A DNA stretch of 64,000 nucleotides from an uncultured bacterium (GTDB lineage Bacteria > Babelota > Babeliae > Babelales > Vermiphilaceae): assembly GCA_963713925.1 (NCBI GenBank), contig OY970212.1, positions 896,001 through 960,000 of the forward strand. Reading direction: 5' to 3'. Shown piece by piece: positions 38,058-47,543 of the stretch. Below the pieces are notes generated by a model. It had not been told where the DNA came from. It saw only the letters and a list, made by a program, of their open reading frames with translations, and did not search any database. Both the position numbers and the translations under genes were made by a program. The stretch's first letter is position 1; the number at the start of each line of letters is the position of its first letter.

Positions 38058-39695
38058 TCATTGAGCACTATGCGCATCAAGTTCATACAACCGTTTTTTA
38101 TCAATCTTTCCTGTTGCAGTAGCCGGCAAAGGCTCGGTTGTGATAATAAATGAACGGGGCATTTTATAATGAGCAAGAGACTCAGAACACAACTTCTGCA
38201 ACTCAGCCAAAAGCCCTTTATGTTCGGATCTTACTTGCACATAAGCAACTGGAAGTTGATCACCCATACTACGCTGACGCTCCGCATGGGACCCGATTTG
38301 GCCTCCTTCTGCCGGTTTGCCAATAACTCCAACGCGCACGACCAATGGATGACTCATGATTACATTTTCGATCTCTTGTGGATAAATTTTGAAGCCTTTA
38401 TTGGCAATTACATCTTTCGCTCGTCCGGCGATAACAATGCGTTTTTGTTCATCAAAATAGGCCAAATCTCCGGTCGCAAACCACCCATCATGCATGACAT
38501 CTTCTGTCGCTTCAATTGCATTGTAATACCCGAGCATAACTGAATCACCTTTGACAAACAGTTCTCCAATAACACCCGAATTAGTCACCATATTTCCTGC
38601 TTCATTTTTCAAGACAACTTCAAGCCCGGCTACTGCTGTGCCAACAGTGTTTGTTTTAACGGGGATATCTTCAAGATCAACGCTAATAAGCGGCGATGTT
38701 TCAGTTAATCCATATCCGCTGCATATTTTTCTGCCAAATAATAATGCAAATCCAAGCCTGATTTTATCCGGCAATGCGTCTCCACCCGAGACAATATATT
38801 TCACTGAATCGAAATTAAAATTACGTAACAATGCCATCAAACCATAAAGAGCTGGAACACCAACCATAATAGTGGGTTTCAATTTCATATTTTCAAACAA
38901 ATAACGTCGCTCAATTTTGGGCACGACAATCACTGCCGATCCGGTCAAAAAAGCTCCCCATACGCATGCAAATTGAGCGAACGCGTGAAAGAGTGGCAAC
39001 ACACCAAAAATGCGCTCACCCTCTTGCAGCCCAAAACTCAACCGCGCAATCCCTTGCGCAATATTCGTCACAATATTTCGTGCACTGAGCATAACTCCTT
39101 TTGGCATGCCGGTCGTTCCGGAAGTATAGAGCAACACCGCTAACTCATCCGGTTGCGAATCAACCGGATTGTAATCAAGTTCATGAAAATCTGTTTGAGA
39201 ATTCTCCATTTCTTCTTTTGACACAACATGAAAAGAAGAACAATCGATTTCAGACAATTTCGGTTTCTGCTCTTGAGAAACACATACAACTCTCGGAGCA
39301 GCGTCGGCGATAATATGTTGTAACTCCCGTTCTTGTAAAAAAATATTAAGCGGTGCAACAATTGCCCCCACATGTGCAGCGGCGCAATAGGCAATATAAA
39401 ACTCGGGAGAATTTTCCCACAATACCAATACGCGATCACCCTTTTTAACCCCTTTTGCACGCAAGAGGCTGCTGAATTTTACCGACGCAATAAAGAGGTC
39501 TTTATAGGTCATCACTGACGAGCGATATAAAAGTGCTATTCTATCGGCAAAAAATAAGGAAGCTCGATGTAAGAATCGAGAAAGCGATAGGGGATGTCCA
39601 TCAAAATGGAGCCATTGTTGCGCAAGCTCAAATCGCTTCTGTTCACTGGTTACTTTTTTAATATCTTGCAACGTTATAGATGTAGTATAGCTCAT
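38058..39695 (-). CDS. fadD: Long-chain fatty acid--CoA ligase (AMP-binding), with an in-frame palindrome insertion
   Basis: YTSGTTGMPKG, GYGLTETSP, ATGDLA, GKIDKK. Confidence 0.9.
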   Translation of the reverse strand: MSYTTSITLQDIKKVTSEQKRFELAQQWLHFDGHPLSLSRFLHRASLFFADRIALLYRSSVMTYKDLFIASVKFSSLLRAKGVKKGDRVLVLWENSPEFYIAYCAAAHVGAIVAPLNIFLQERELQHIIADAAPRVVCVSQEQKPKLSEIDCSSFHVVSKEEMENSQTDFHELDYNPVDSQPDELAVLLYTSGTTGMPKGVMLSARNIVTNIAQGIARLSFGLQEGERIFGVLPLFHAFAQFACVWGAFLTGSAVIVVPKIERRYLFENMKLKPTIMVGVPALYGLMALLRNFNFDSVKYIVSGGDALPDKIRLGFALLFGRKICSGYGLTETSPLISVDLEDIPVKTNTVGTAVAGLEVVLKNEAGNMVTNSGVIGELFVKGDSVMLGYYNAIEATEDVMHDGWFATGDLAYFDEQKRIVIAGRAKDVIANKGFKIYPQEIENVIMSHPLVVRVGVIGKPAEGGQIGSHAERQRSMGDQLPVAYVQVRSEHKGLLAELQKLCSESLAHYKMPRSFIITTEPLPATATGKIDKKRLYELDAHSAQ

Positions 39696-39764
39696 ACCGA
39701 TTTACTCACTCTAGATCGATCATTTAAACATAGTTTAGAATGATCGACTTTTTTTATAGCCATT

Positions 39765-39950
39765 CTATTCTTCAAACTTAATAACATTCACCGGACACGA
39801 TCGCACCGCCTGCTCAATCGCCTCAACATGCTGCTCAATGGGCGCATTTTTTTTGATGTGCGAAATGTCAGTGACTTCAAAAATCTCAGGCGCGATAAAT
39901 TCACACAATCCGCAGGTGGTGCACCCCGGTTCAATAGATAGTTTTTTCAT
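39765..39950 (-). CDS. Small ferredoxin
   Basis: CTTCGLC...CPV motif in a 61-aa protein. Confidence 0.9.
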   Translation of the reverse strand: MKKLSIEPGCTTCGLCEFIAPEIFEVTDISHIKKNAPIEQHVEAIEQAVRSCPVNVIKFEE

Positions 39951-40036
39951 ATGGAGACTCAAATAATAAAATATCCTAAAAGAATATCGTAAAACAATTT
40001 GATCTTGCTGTCATTTTTTACCAATTTTTTATCTCA

Positions 40037-41656
40037 TTATCTGAGCGAACGCAAATGTTTTAAAATGATCGGAATCATTTTTTGGGCTACTGTCGAATTG
40101 TCTTGTTTCTGCAATTCTTCAAGCTTGTCTACGCAGTCTTTCAATTTATGCTTGTGGATTACAGACGAATGGAGTGTTATTGCATTGACCACACACATCA
40201 TTTGTAACACTGAAAGAGGCAATTGCTTTAGAAATTGTTGCTGATCATCGGCAAACCCCACTTTATATTTCATAATTTTACCATGATCATTATCGGCATA
40301 TATGGAACAGTCCCGGCAATATTGAGCAAAACGACTGGCAGGGCATTGATATATCGCTTGCTTTTTTTCTTTGATTTTTTGTAATAAACCTCCTTGAACA
40401 AACAAACGCACAAGTGAAAAAAAAGCTCCATTGTCGCCAAAACAAACCTGATCCCATGAACCGTAAAACTCGCGCGCCTCCCCTAAGCCCAACTCTACTA
40501 AATACGAGCGCGGATCGCCTCCCTTGTTTTCTAATGTTATATATCCGAGTTGTTTTCCGTCCGGCGATATAGCCAATGAGCGAACTTCTTGAATCCCAAT
40601 GCCTACCGGTGCTCGATTGATAAGATTTAGCGTTTTGCAATCCCAGGTATAGACCTCGTTTTGATGGACGCCCACTGCAGTTCCCATTGAACTAAATTGC
40701 ACATCACAATCTGCATCGTGAGGTAAAACTCCTCGGCATTGATGTGATTTTCTCTCAATAATCTGCGTCGAAATAACCTTTCGAACGGCAATAAGCTCAT
40801 TATCAGGAGAAATAGAAAAACCTTTTATATTCCCATCCCCCGAAGCCTCAATTTCTTCCCTTTGGGCAGTATCAGTTAGGTTTGTTATCCGAAAACGTTT
40901 ATCTTGAGCCCAATTGTTTTTTGATATGGTCGCTAATAGCAATGATTCATCCGGAGAAAATAAGTGTACTTGGCCAGATCTGCCCCACACGTCGCAGATA
41001 CGTCTTCCCGAAAAAGATTCTGCCACCCATAGTTCTTGTGCCATAGAAAATCTACCTACTTCATCAGATGGGCTCCGGCTATAATCTTTCCCTACAAGCG
41101 CATATTTTCCTCGCGGCGACATTTTTATAAGGTTAACAAGTTCCGGAATCGGCAATGGGGTGCCGGTCAGCAAATCACTTAAAAAAGGAGCTGAACCGCG
41201 AAGATCGGTGAGTATTTCATCTTTTAATACATTTTCAGAATCAGGTGTTAAATCCAAAGGTGTGCAATCTCCTGATATTATTCTTGTTATCATTGCATTC
41301 TGCACGGAATCAGCAAGTTTCTTGCTTTCAAAAAAATCAAGCAGTGTTGAAACAGAACCGAGCTGTTGCAAATTAAGAATATTCATAAATGACGGATCTT
41401 TTATCATTGTTTTAATGTGTCTCATATCCAGGGCAGTGCCCACGGAGATGTTTATATCTGTAACGCCATCCGCGATTGCAATCTGATTATCCAAAAAAGG
41501 GCTTGCAAGCGTCTGCGCCATTTCAGCAGAGACCTTCTCACTCTTGCCATCCGGAAATTGTAACTTCCATGTATTGGTTTCCGGTTTATCCGCAGCATGC
41601 ATGCCAAATGCAAAAGCACTGAATACGACAATTCTTTTTATAACAATTTTTTTCAT
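40037..41656 (-). CDS. Secreted BTB/Skp1-like plus WD40-like beta-propeller protein
   Basis: Signal peptide; WKLQFPDG...LLDFFESKKL; repeated FSPD/ISPD blades. Confidence 0.7.
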   Translation of the reverse strand: MKKIVIKRIVVFSAFAFGMHAADKPETNTWKLQFPDGKSEKVSAEMAQTLASPFLDNQIAIADGVTDINISVGTALDMRHIKTMIKDPSFMNILNLQQLGSVSTLLDFFESKKLADSVQNAMITRIISGDCTPLDLTPDSENVLKDEILTDLRGSAPFLSDLLTGTPLPIPELVNLIKMSPRGKYALVGKDYSRSPSDEVGRFSMAQELWVAESFSGRRICDVWGRSGQVHLFSPDESLLLATISKNNWAQDKRFRITNLTDTAQREEIEASGDGNIKGFSISPDNELIAVRKVISTQIIERKSHQCRGVLPHDADCDVQFSSMGTAVGVHQNEVYTWDCKTLNLINRAPVGIGIQEVRSLAISPDGKQLGYITLENKGGDPRSYLVELGLGEAREFYGSWDQVCFGDNGAFFSLVRLFVQGGLLQKIKEKKQAIYQCPASRFAQYCRDCSIYADNDHGKIMKYKVGFADDQQQFLKQLPLSVLQMMCVVNAITLHSSVIHKHKLKDCVDKLEELQKQDNSTVAQKMIPIILKHLRSLR

Positions 41657-41679
41657 CTCAACTTCCTCATTTCAAGATT

Positions 41680-43281
41680 TTATGAAACGGTGCAACTCTT
41701 TTTTTTGCCAAATCGTTCAAGCAAGCCATCTATTATTTTTCTATCTGCCGAACAAATGTTAGGTCTTATATCTTCCAAAACTTTCACATGAGCAGCGATG
41801 ACCGCCGGATCAACAGGATTTCGAGAGTCTTTTCCTAAAACATAAAAAAGGGATAGTGGCAATTCTTTGAGTGTCGCTTTTTCCATCTTAAGATCCGTAT
41901 CATATACGCTGATTTCCCAGCGAAACTTTCCATCGGAGCCTAGATAATTTTCGCGTAATAACTTTCCATTTGAAGAAAAAATAGCCCTCCGCGGACAATA
42001 CATTGACCGCTCCCCAAAATAGGGCGCCAAATGAATGCGACAAGCATCTTTATTCCCACAGACATCCGAGACACTAAGCGGTATATCATTACAATAAAAA
42101 GCTCTTTTCCCCCGCCTATGCATACTTAAAGATGTCCCTGCAATAAGAGCATAATCTTTCAAGGAAATAACCTTTGCTTTTTCTCTGCTCACGAACACTA
42201 TCTTTTTATCATCTGGTGAAATTGCAAGATCTCTGAAGCCCGGCACCTTGAGGCTGCTCCCCCCCTCCCATAGAGGGTCAAGGGTATGCGCATCGAATAA
42301 AAATAATCTTTCAGAATCCCTTGAGAGATCCTTTTCAACCACTGCTAAACAATTACCATCATGAGTATATTTCAGGCAAATAGGCTTCCCCCATGTTTTA
42401 CATTTTATTTGAACCCTATTATCTTTTCTATCGAACAAAGCAAGCGATCTTATCCCCCCAATTGCAAGAGTTTTGGCATCGGGAGCAAGAGAATGTGCGT
42501 ACATTGCTGGTATTTGTGTCTGCGAAAAATCAATGAATTCTTTTTGATCTAAAGCCAAGCAATCAATAAATTCTATCGTTTTATTTGTATCATCACAGCA
42601 CATGAGTAACGAATCATGAAAATCCGAGAAAGCTATAGTATGTTGAGTAACTGGAAAGGTGCTCAAAACTTCTCCCGAACTAGTTGCGATAATCTTAACC
42701 GTTTTTTCTCTGAAATTGTTCTTTTTTGATAAAAGCGCATACGTACCCAAGATTGAACATCCTTTCAATCGAAAGCCTTCTTCAACATCAAATCTTTTAT
42801 GCAGTTCAAAATCATCGATTTTATCAAATGGTCCCAAAAATCGCACCATCGACATACACTTTTGTTTCAATGCATCTTTCCAACTGCCATGAGCATCAAA
42901 CACAGCAACGATGTCACGTCCTTGAGATGCAAACCGATCTTGCAAGAGCATATTCGCAGTTGCGAACATATTTTTTGGAGCTTCAAGATGATCGAGAAGA
43001 TCTGCCACTTCCACCACTTGCTTGGTTGTCATCTGTGAATAATCCGGTCCGGTTTCTTTTAAAATGGATTTCATTGCTTCTGCTGTTCCAAAATCCATTG
43101 GAACGGCATTGCCCGATCCCACTATATTTTTGAAAAAATCAAATTTCTCAAGTGAAGCGCATGGAGCTTCCACTATTCCATCAGAAAATTGCAATAACAA
43201 GTTATTCGAAACGTCTTGTCTATCAGCCGCATGCGCAGTAAAGATTGCGCATAGAAACAACATCGTTCTTTTTTTGTACAT
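41680..43281 (-). CDS. Secreted BTB/Skp1-like plus beta-propeller protein with C-terminal polybasic CaaX
   Basis: Signal peptide; LLLQFSDG...VADLLDHLE; LAPD/YTHDG/ISPDD blades; ends KKKSCTVS. Confidence 0.7.
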   Translation of the reverse strand: MYKKRTMLFLCAIFTAHAADRQDVSNNLLLQFSDGIVEAPCASLEKFDFFKNIVGSGNAVPMDFGTAEAMKSILKETGPDYSQMTTKQVVEVADLLDHLEAPKNMFATANMLLQDRFASQGRDIVAVFDAHGSWKDALKQKCMSMVRFLGPFDKIDDFELHKRFDVEEGFRLKGCSILGTYALLSKKNNFREKTVKIIATSSGEVLSTFPVTQHTIAFSDFHDSLLMCCDDTNKTIEFIDCLALDQKEFIDFSQTQIPAMYAHSLAPDAKTLAIGGIRSLALFDRKDNRVQIKCKTWGKPICLKYTHDGNCLAVVEKDLSRDSERLFLFDAHTLDPLWEGGSSLKVPGFRDLAISPDDKKIVFVSREKAKVISLKDYALIAGTSLSMHRRGKRAFYCNDIPLSVSDVCGNKDACRIHLAPYFGERSMYCPRRAIFSSNGKLLRENYLGSDGKFRWEISVYDTDLKMEKATLKELPLSLFYVLGKDSRNPVDPAVIAAHVKVLEDIRPNICSADRKIIDGLLERFGKKKSCTVS

Positions 43282-43379
43282 CAACAATCCTTTCAAATGA
43301 ATATCGCTCTGCTCATTTTTGCTGATATACTATAAAAAAATAAAAACAAAGTCAGTTGTTTATAGAAAATGGATCTCAC

Positions 43380-44126
43380 ATGATCACACTCAACAGGGGT
43401 GTTTTAATTGCCGTTGAAGGCATCGATGGCTCAGGAAAAAGTAGCCTAGTAAAAAATTTAAGCGCACTGCTTGAAAAAGCCGGTTTGCCCGTGCGCACAA
43501 CGCGCGAACCGGGGGCAACTCCTTTGGGCAAGCAACTGCGCACATTGGTGCAAGAAAAATCGGTTGCCATATGCCCCGAAGCAGAATTTTTACTGTTTGC
43601 TGCCGATCGGGCCCAACATATGCATGAGATTGTGCTCCCCGCATTGGCACAAAACAAGATTGTCATCTCCGATCGCATGAAAGATTCGTCACTGGTGTAT
43701 CAAGGATATGGCAGAGGATTGGATCGAACATTCATCAACACCGTCAATTCTTGGACAATGCAAAATCGAGAACCGGATCTGACTTTGTATGTAAACGTTG
43801 ACATACAGACAGCTTCAGAGCGAATTAAAAAACGGAATGAGAAATTAACTTCTTTTGAAAAAGAACATGCTCAATTTATTCAAAAGCTCATCGATGGATT
43901 TAATGATCTGTATTATACCCCATATCGAAGCTCGATGGGAGCCACACATACCCCATCTCGAAGCTCGATGGGGGCCCCGGATTTAAGTAGAACGCAAAGT
44001 GCTGAAGCAAGACATGCCTCAAGTGTAATTATTTTGGATGGAAATCTTGATGAGCAAACCGTTGCTCACACCGCTTACAAGGAGTTGACCACATGGATGC
44101 AACAACAATCAGTCATAAACAACTGA
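43380..44126 (+). CDS. tmk: Thymidylate kinase, with an in-frame tandem palindrome insertion
   Basis: EGIDGSGKS, REPG, LLFAADRAQH, SDR, YQGYGRG. Confidence 0.95.
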   Translation: MITLNRGVLIAVEGIDGSGKSSLVKNLSALLEKAGLPVRTTREPGATPLGKQLRTLVQEKSVAICPEAEFLLFAADRAQHMHEIVLPALAQNKIVISDRMKDSSLVYQGYGRGLDRTFINTVNSWTMQNREPDLTLYVNVDIQTASERIKKRNEKLTSFEKEHAQFIQKLIDGFNDLYYTPYRSSMGATHTPSRSSMGAPDLSRTQSAEARHASSVIILDGNLDEQTVAHTAYKELTTWMQQQSVINN

Positions 44127-44863
44127 ATCAACTCGATCAACTGCATATCCCACCCGCACAAATCTGGTTTGGCCCGGACGAGACTGCATTATCCGAAGCA
44201 ATCAAATGGCTGCAAAAAACGATTGCACACGGACATTCAGACGCCACTTGTTACACTTGCAATGCCATTCGGACACATGAATACGCATCAGTCTATTGGC
44301 TCAAGCCTGAAAAGAATTATGTGCTTGAAGATCTTGAGGATGTCTTTCAACTCTGTGCATTCAAACGAGATGCACATGATCCTTTTTTTATCATCTTTCA
44401 ACGAGCAGAAACCTTGAGCGCGCAATGCGCCAACAGTTTGCTCAAACTTGTGGAAGAACCACCGACCGGTTACCATTTTCTCTTTTTGACCAACAAGCTT
44501 GAAGCGATTTTGCCAACCATTCGCTCCCGCTGCCATATTCATACATTATCAGCTGTCGCCGATGCGACATACCCATCAACACTCATTGAACTACTTCTGG
44601 AGCAAAAAAATACCGCCCTTGCATTTGCAAAGGAACTTGATGCAATTAAAATTGATGAAGTTGAGAGCATGAAACTGCTCAATGATTTAATAACCATCTG
44701 CACGAATAAAACAAAATCCTCAATCGAACACAATGATACTGCTGCATACGCCTATTGGAATGCGGTGCATTCAGTTGTTCTATCCGGCTTGAAGCAGCCG
44801 CCTATGGCCGGAAGCAGTAAATTGTTTTGGAAGAATCTATATCTACAGTTGCGAGTAAAATAG
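44093..44863 (+). CDS. holB: DNA polymerase III delta-prime-like subunit
   Basis: ANSLLKLVEEPP and LPTIRSRC motifs; follows tmk. Confidence 0.8.
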   Translation: MDATTISHKQLNQLDQLHIPPAQIWFGPDETALSEAIKWLQKTIAHGHSDATCYTCNAIRTHEYASVYWLKPEKNYVLEDLEDVFQLCAFKRDAHDPFFIIFQRAETLSAQCANSLLKLVEEPPTGYHFLFLTNKLEAILPTIRSRCHIHTLSAVADATYPSTLIELLLEQKNTALAFAKELDAIKIDEVESMKLLNDLITICTNKTKSSIEHNDTAAYAYWNAVHSVVLSGLKQPPMAGSSKLFWKNLYLQLRVK

Positions 44864-44877
44864 ATTTTGTACATTTT

Positions 44878-46200
44878 TTATTTTACCGCTTTATGCAAAT
44901 GCGCAAGCATCCAAGGCAATAGCTCTTTAGCTGGTTTTGATTGATCAGAATCTCTCGCTTGAGATATTGTTTCGATGCATTGTGCCAATTCTGATTGATT
45001 GATCTTCTTTTTTCCCACTGCGCACAACATAGACAGCGTCTCAAGTGGAATTTTCTTTAGAAATTTTTCTTGTTCATCCGTAAATTCGATATCACTTACT
45101 TGAATGGTGCTCTGATCAGGAAATAATGCTACTAATTTTCCGTTAATGTAGTCAGTCAGATATGATCTAAAGAAGGGAGTTTTTTGCGGTTCTCCATCTG
45201 TTTTTTCATTCGTAACCCAACAGGAGCCGGCTTTTTTCAAATCACGATCGTATCTATGAAAATGAAGAACAAGCTCATCCCCTTTTTTTGATCTTCTAAT
45301 ATATTCTGACGGCTCAAAGTCTTGTGGTTTTCTCTTCTCAACCAGACCACTAGCAATATCTATATGATAATTAACAAACTTATTACGTATTGCTATTTTA
45401 TTATCAGTTGTAAACTCCACTGAAGGAAATGGCGCATAGTTACAGTTTGTTCTAACTTCAATACATTTTATTTTACCGTCGGTTATATCCACTATATGTA
45501 AATACCTACCATCATACAAAGCAAGGATTGATTTATCTGGAGCAAAAATCATTTTATAATTTTTGCTTTCGCTTTGATACGGCAATTTAAAAATTCTCTG
45601 CCAGTGTAATAAGTCGGTTGATAGATCAAATAATTCTATCAGATCTTTAGAATGAATTGCCACACGGAGTGAATCTGGTGAAAAAATTGTTAATTGAGAA
45701 TCTAGTCCTCCATATGGCATAGTAGCAACTTTCGTGCTCACGGGCATCTCTACGAATGGTGCGACAAATCTCAATCGACTCACTATAAGATCTTGAAATT
45801 CATACATAAAATTTTCCGGTACATCGATATTTTTCATACTATGTCCAATAAAAAATTTTTCACTCATCCGTTCAATAATAGGCTGCGCCAAATCTGCGCA
45901 AGCAACTCCTTTATCAATATAGTGCAGCATAAGTCCCAGTTTTTTAAATGGCGTCCGCTGTAATGCTGAGGGACCTTGTTCTTTTAAATTTGATAATGAA
46001 TTGATAATGCTTTGGGGTGTTATTTGATATGTAACCTTGGGGCATAAGGATAGGTTATCTAAATTAAATTGTTTTTTTTGTTCTGCAGAGAGTATTATCG
46101 AAGAATTGTCACGAAATTTAATCAATGATGGTGATTCTTCTGCTGCAGATATAGATAAAGATGAAATAGTGACTAAAGCAAGCAAGTTGTAATACAACAT
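44878..46200 (-). CDS. Secreted beta-propeller protein, same family as 40037 and 41680
   Basis: Signal-like N-terminus; FSPD/FAPD blades; FTDEQEKFLKKIPLETLSMLC matches FADDQQQFLKQLPLSVLQMMC. Confidence 0.75.
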   Translation of the reverse strand: MLYYNLLALVTISSLSISAAEESPSLIKFRDNSSIILSAEQKKQFNLDNLSLCPKVTYQITPQSIINSLSNLKEQGPSALQRTPFKKLGLMLHYIDKGVACADLAQPIIERMSEKFFIGHSMKNIDVPENFMYEFQDLIVSRLRFVAPFVEMPVSTKVATMPYGGLDSQLTIFSPDSLRVAIHSKDLIELFDLSTDLLHWQRIFKLPYQSESKNYKMIFAPDKSILALYDGRYLHIVDITDGKIKCIEVRTNCNYAPFPSVEFTTDNKIAIRNKFVNYHIDIASGLVEKRKPQDFEPSEYIRRSKKGDELVLHFHRYDRDLKKAGSCWVTNEKTDGEPQKTPFFRSYLTDYINGKLVALFPDQSTIQVSDIEFTDEQEKFLKKIPLETLSMLCAVGKKKINQSELAQCIETISQARDSDQSKPAKELLPWMLAHLHKAVK

Positions 46201-46323
46201 GACAACCTTTCCTTGAATTGCATACACGTAATGTAATTTTGTCTTGCGCACAGTATATGCAGTTTTCGCCCAACGTACAATCTCTTTGCTTTCGATGCTC
46301 AAACAGTCTAGACTCGGACATGA

Positions 46324-46353
46324 TCCGCCTTCGCTAAAGCTATGGCGTGACAA
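46324..46353. repeat. Family-C palindrome
   Basis: TCCGCCTTCGCTAAAGCTATGGCGTGACAAG. Confidence 0.65.
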
Positions 46354-46451
46354 GAACTGCGATTGACGGTTCGCAGCGAGGAACCTATCCCGAAATATAA
46401 AACGTCTTCGGATATAATGAAGCGCAATCCGAATATCAAAGGAGATTTTTT

Positions 46452-47405
46452 GTGGAAAATACGTACACAAAAAAAACAGTCATTGCCATTGGAGCAACAA
46501 CGGTGCTCCATGCAAGTATTCTTTTGTTATTACTTGCTCGATTGTTACTTGATCACACCGATTCTGAAAAAGCATTTCCTTTACCCGAAATTCCTGATAC
46601 CTGGGCGAAGAGAGATGCGCCTATTCGTTTTGTAGATTTTAATGAGTCGGAAAAAGAAACGAATAATCAACAAGAAGCATCATCTGAAGCGCAAATGCAA
46701 AACTCTGTTGAAAAAATGATCGTGGAACCAACATCTATTGCCCCTGAAATCGAAGATAATCAAGAAACGACGACCCAAGAATCACAAGAGCTTCCTCAGG
46801 AAGAAACTCATCAACAAAGTCAAAACGAAGCGCTCACGCACGGTTTTGCGATGAATGTCGAGAATAAACCCGAACCAATCGCCAAAACAGAAGAAAAGAA
46901 ACCAATTACAAAAGAAGTTCGGGTAAAAAAAAGGCCAGCCGAGAAAAAACCTGTGCCCCAAAGAAAATTACCGAAACTCGAAGATTTAACCGACATGTTT
47001 AAAATGCGCATGAACCAACAAGCTCCGGTGGGTGATTTCTTTATGCAAGGTAATCCTCACAACCTACCGCCAGATCAACAAATTATTTTTGAACGTTATC
47101 GAAGCAAATTAAGCGCCATTATCGAACAAGTTAAAAAAGAAAATCCAATGCCGTGCGCGGTGCCGCTGGGAGTCATGATCAAAATCTATTTATCACTCGC
47201 GCAAACCGGTCGATTTAAAGAATTGAAAATCACGCACAGCACTGGATATAACTCGATAGATAATTATTGTATGACGATTTACAAAATAGCGTCCGAACGA
47301 TTCCCACCGATTCCTTCTTGCCTGAAAGAATCGATGTTCAAGGGAACCATCACGCTGCAATCAACTCAGAGTCCACAAGCCGGCGGTTGGTTTTGCTTTA
47401 ACTAA
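46452..47405 (+). CDS. TonB/TolA-like membrane-anchored protein
   Basis: N-terminal TM with LHAS motif, Glu/Gln/Lys/Pro linker, C-terminal HSTGYNSID...FPPIP. Confidence 0.7.
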   Translation: MENTYTKKTVIAIGATTVLHASILLLLLARLLLDHTDSEKAFPLPEIPDTWAKRDAPIRFVDFNESEKETNNQQEASSEAQMQNSVEKMIVEPTSIAPEIEDNQETTTQESQELPQEETHQQSQNEALTHGFAMNVENKPEPIAKTEEKKPITKEVRVKKRPAEKKPVPQRKLPKLEDLTDMFKMRMNQQAPVGDFFMQGNPHNLPPDQQIIFERYRSKLSAIIEQVKKENPMPCAVPLGVMIKIYLSLAQTGRFKELKITHSTGYNSIDNYCMTIYKIASERFPPIPSCLKESMFKGTITLQSTQSPQAGGWFCFN

Positions 47406-47543
47406 GTGATGGACATTTTTAAAAAAAATTTCTATAAAAAGCTAAGGCATCTGATATTTCGATGCATTGAAGCATTATTAAAAAAGTTTTTCACATTTAT
47501 TAAAGGGGCCCCCAAACATACTTGGGGGTGTAGTGGTTGGTAC

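Noticed and set aside
37459..38176. Overlapping ORFs of 67-127 aa on both strands
   Set aside because: They run through the palindromic repeat island or overlap fadD, and have no RBS or protein-like features.
46201..46470. Long N-terminal extension of ORF 44878..46470
   Set aside because: It reads through a family-C repeat and overlaps the divergent gene. The signal-like start at 46200 fits the paralogs.
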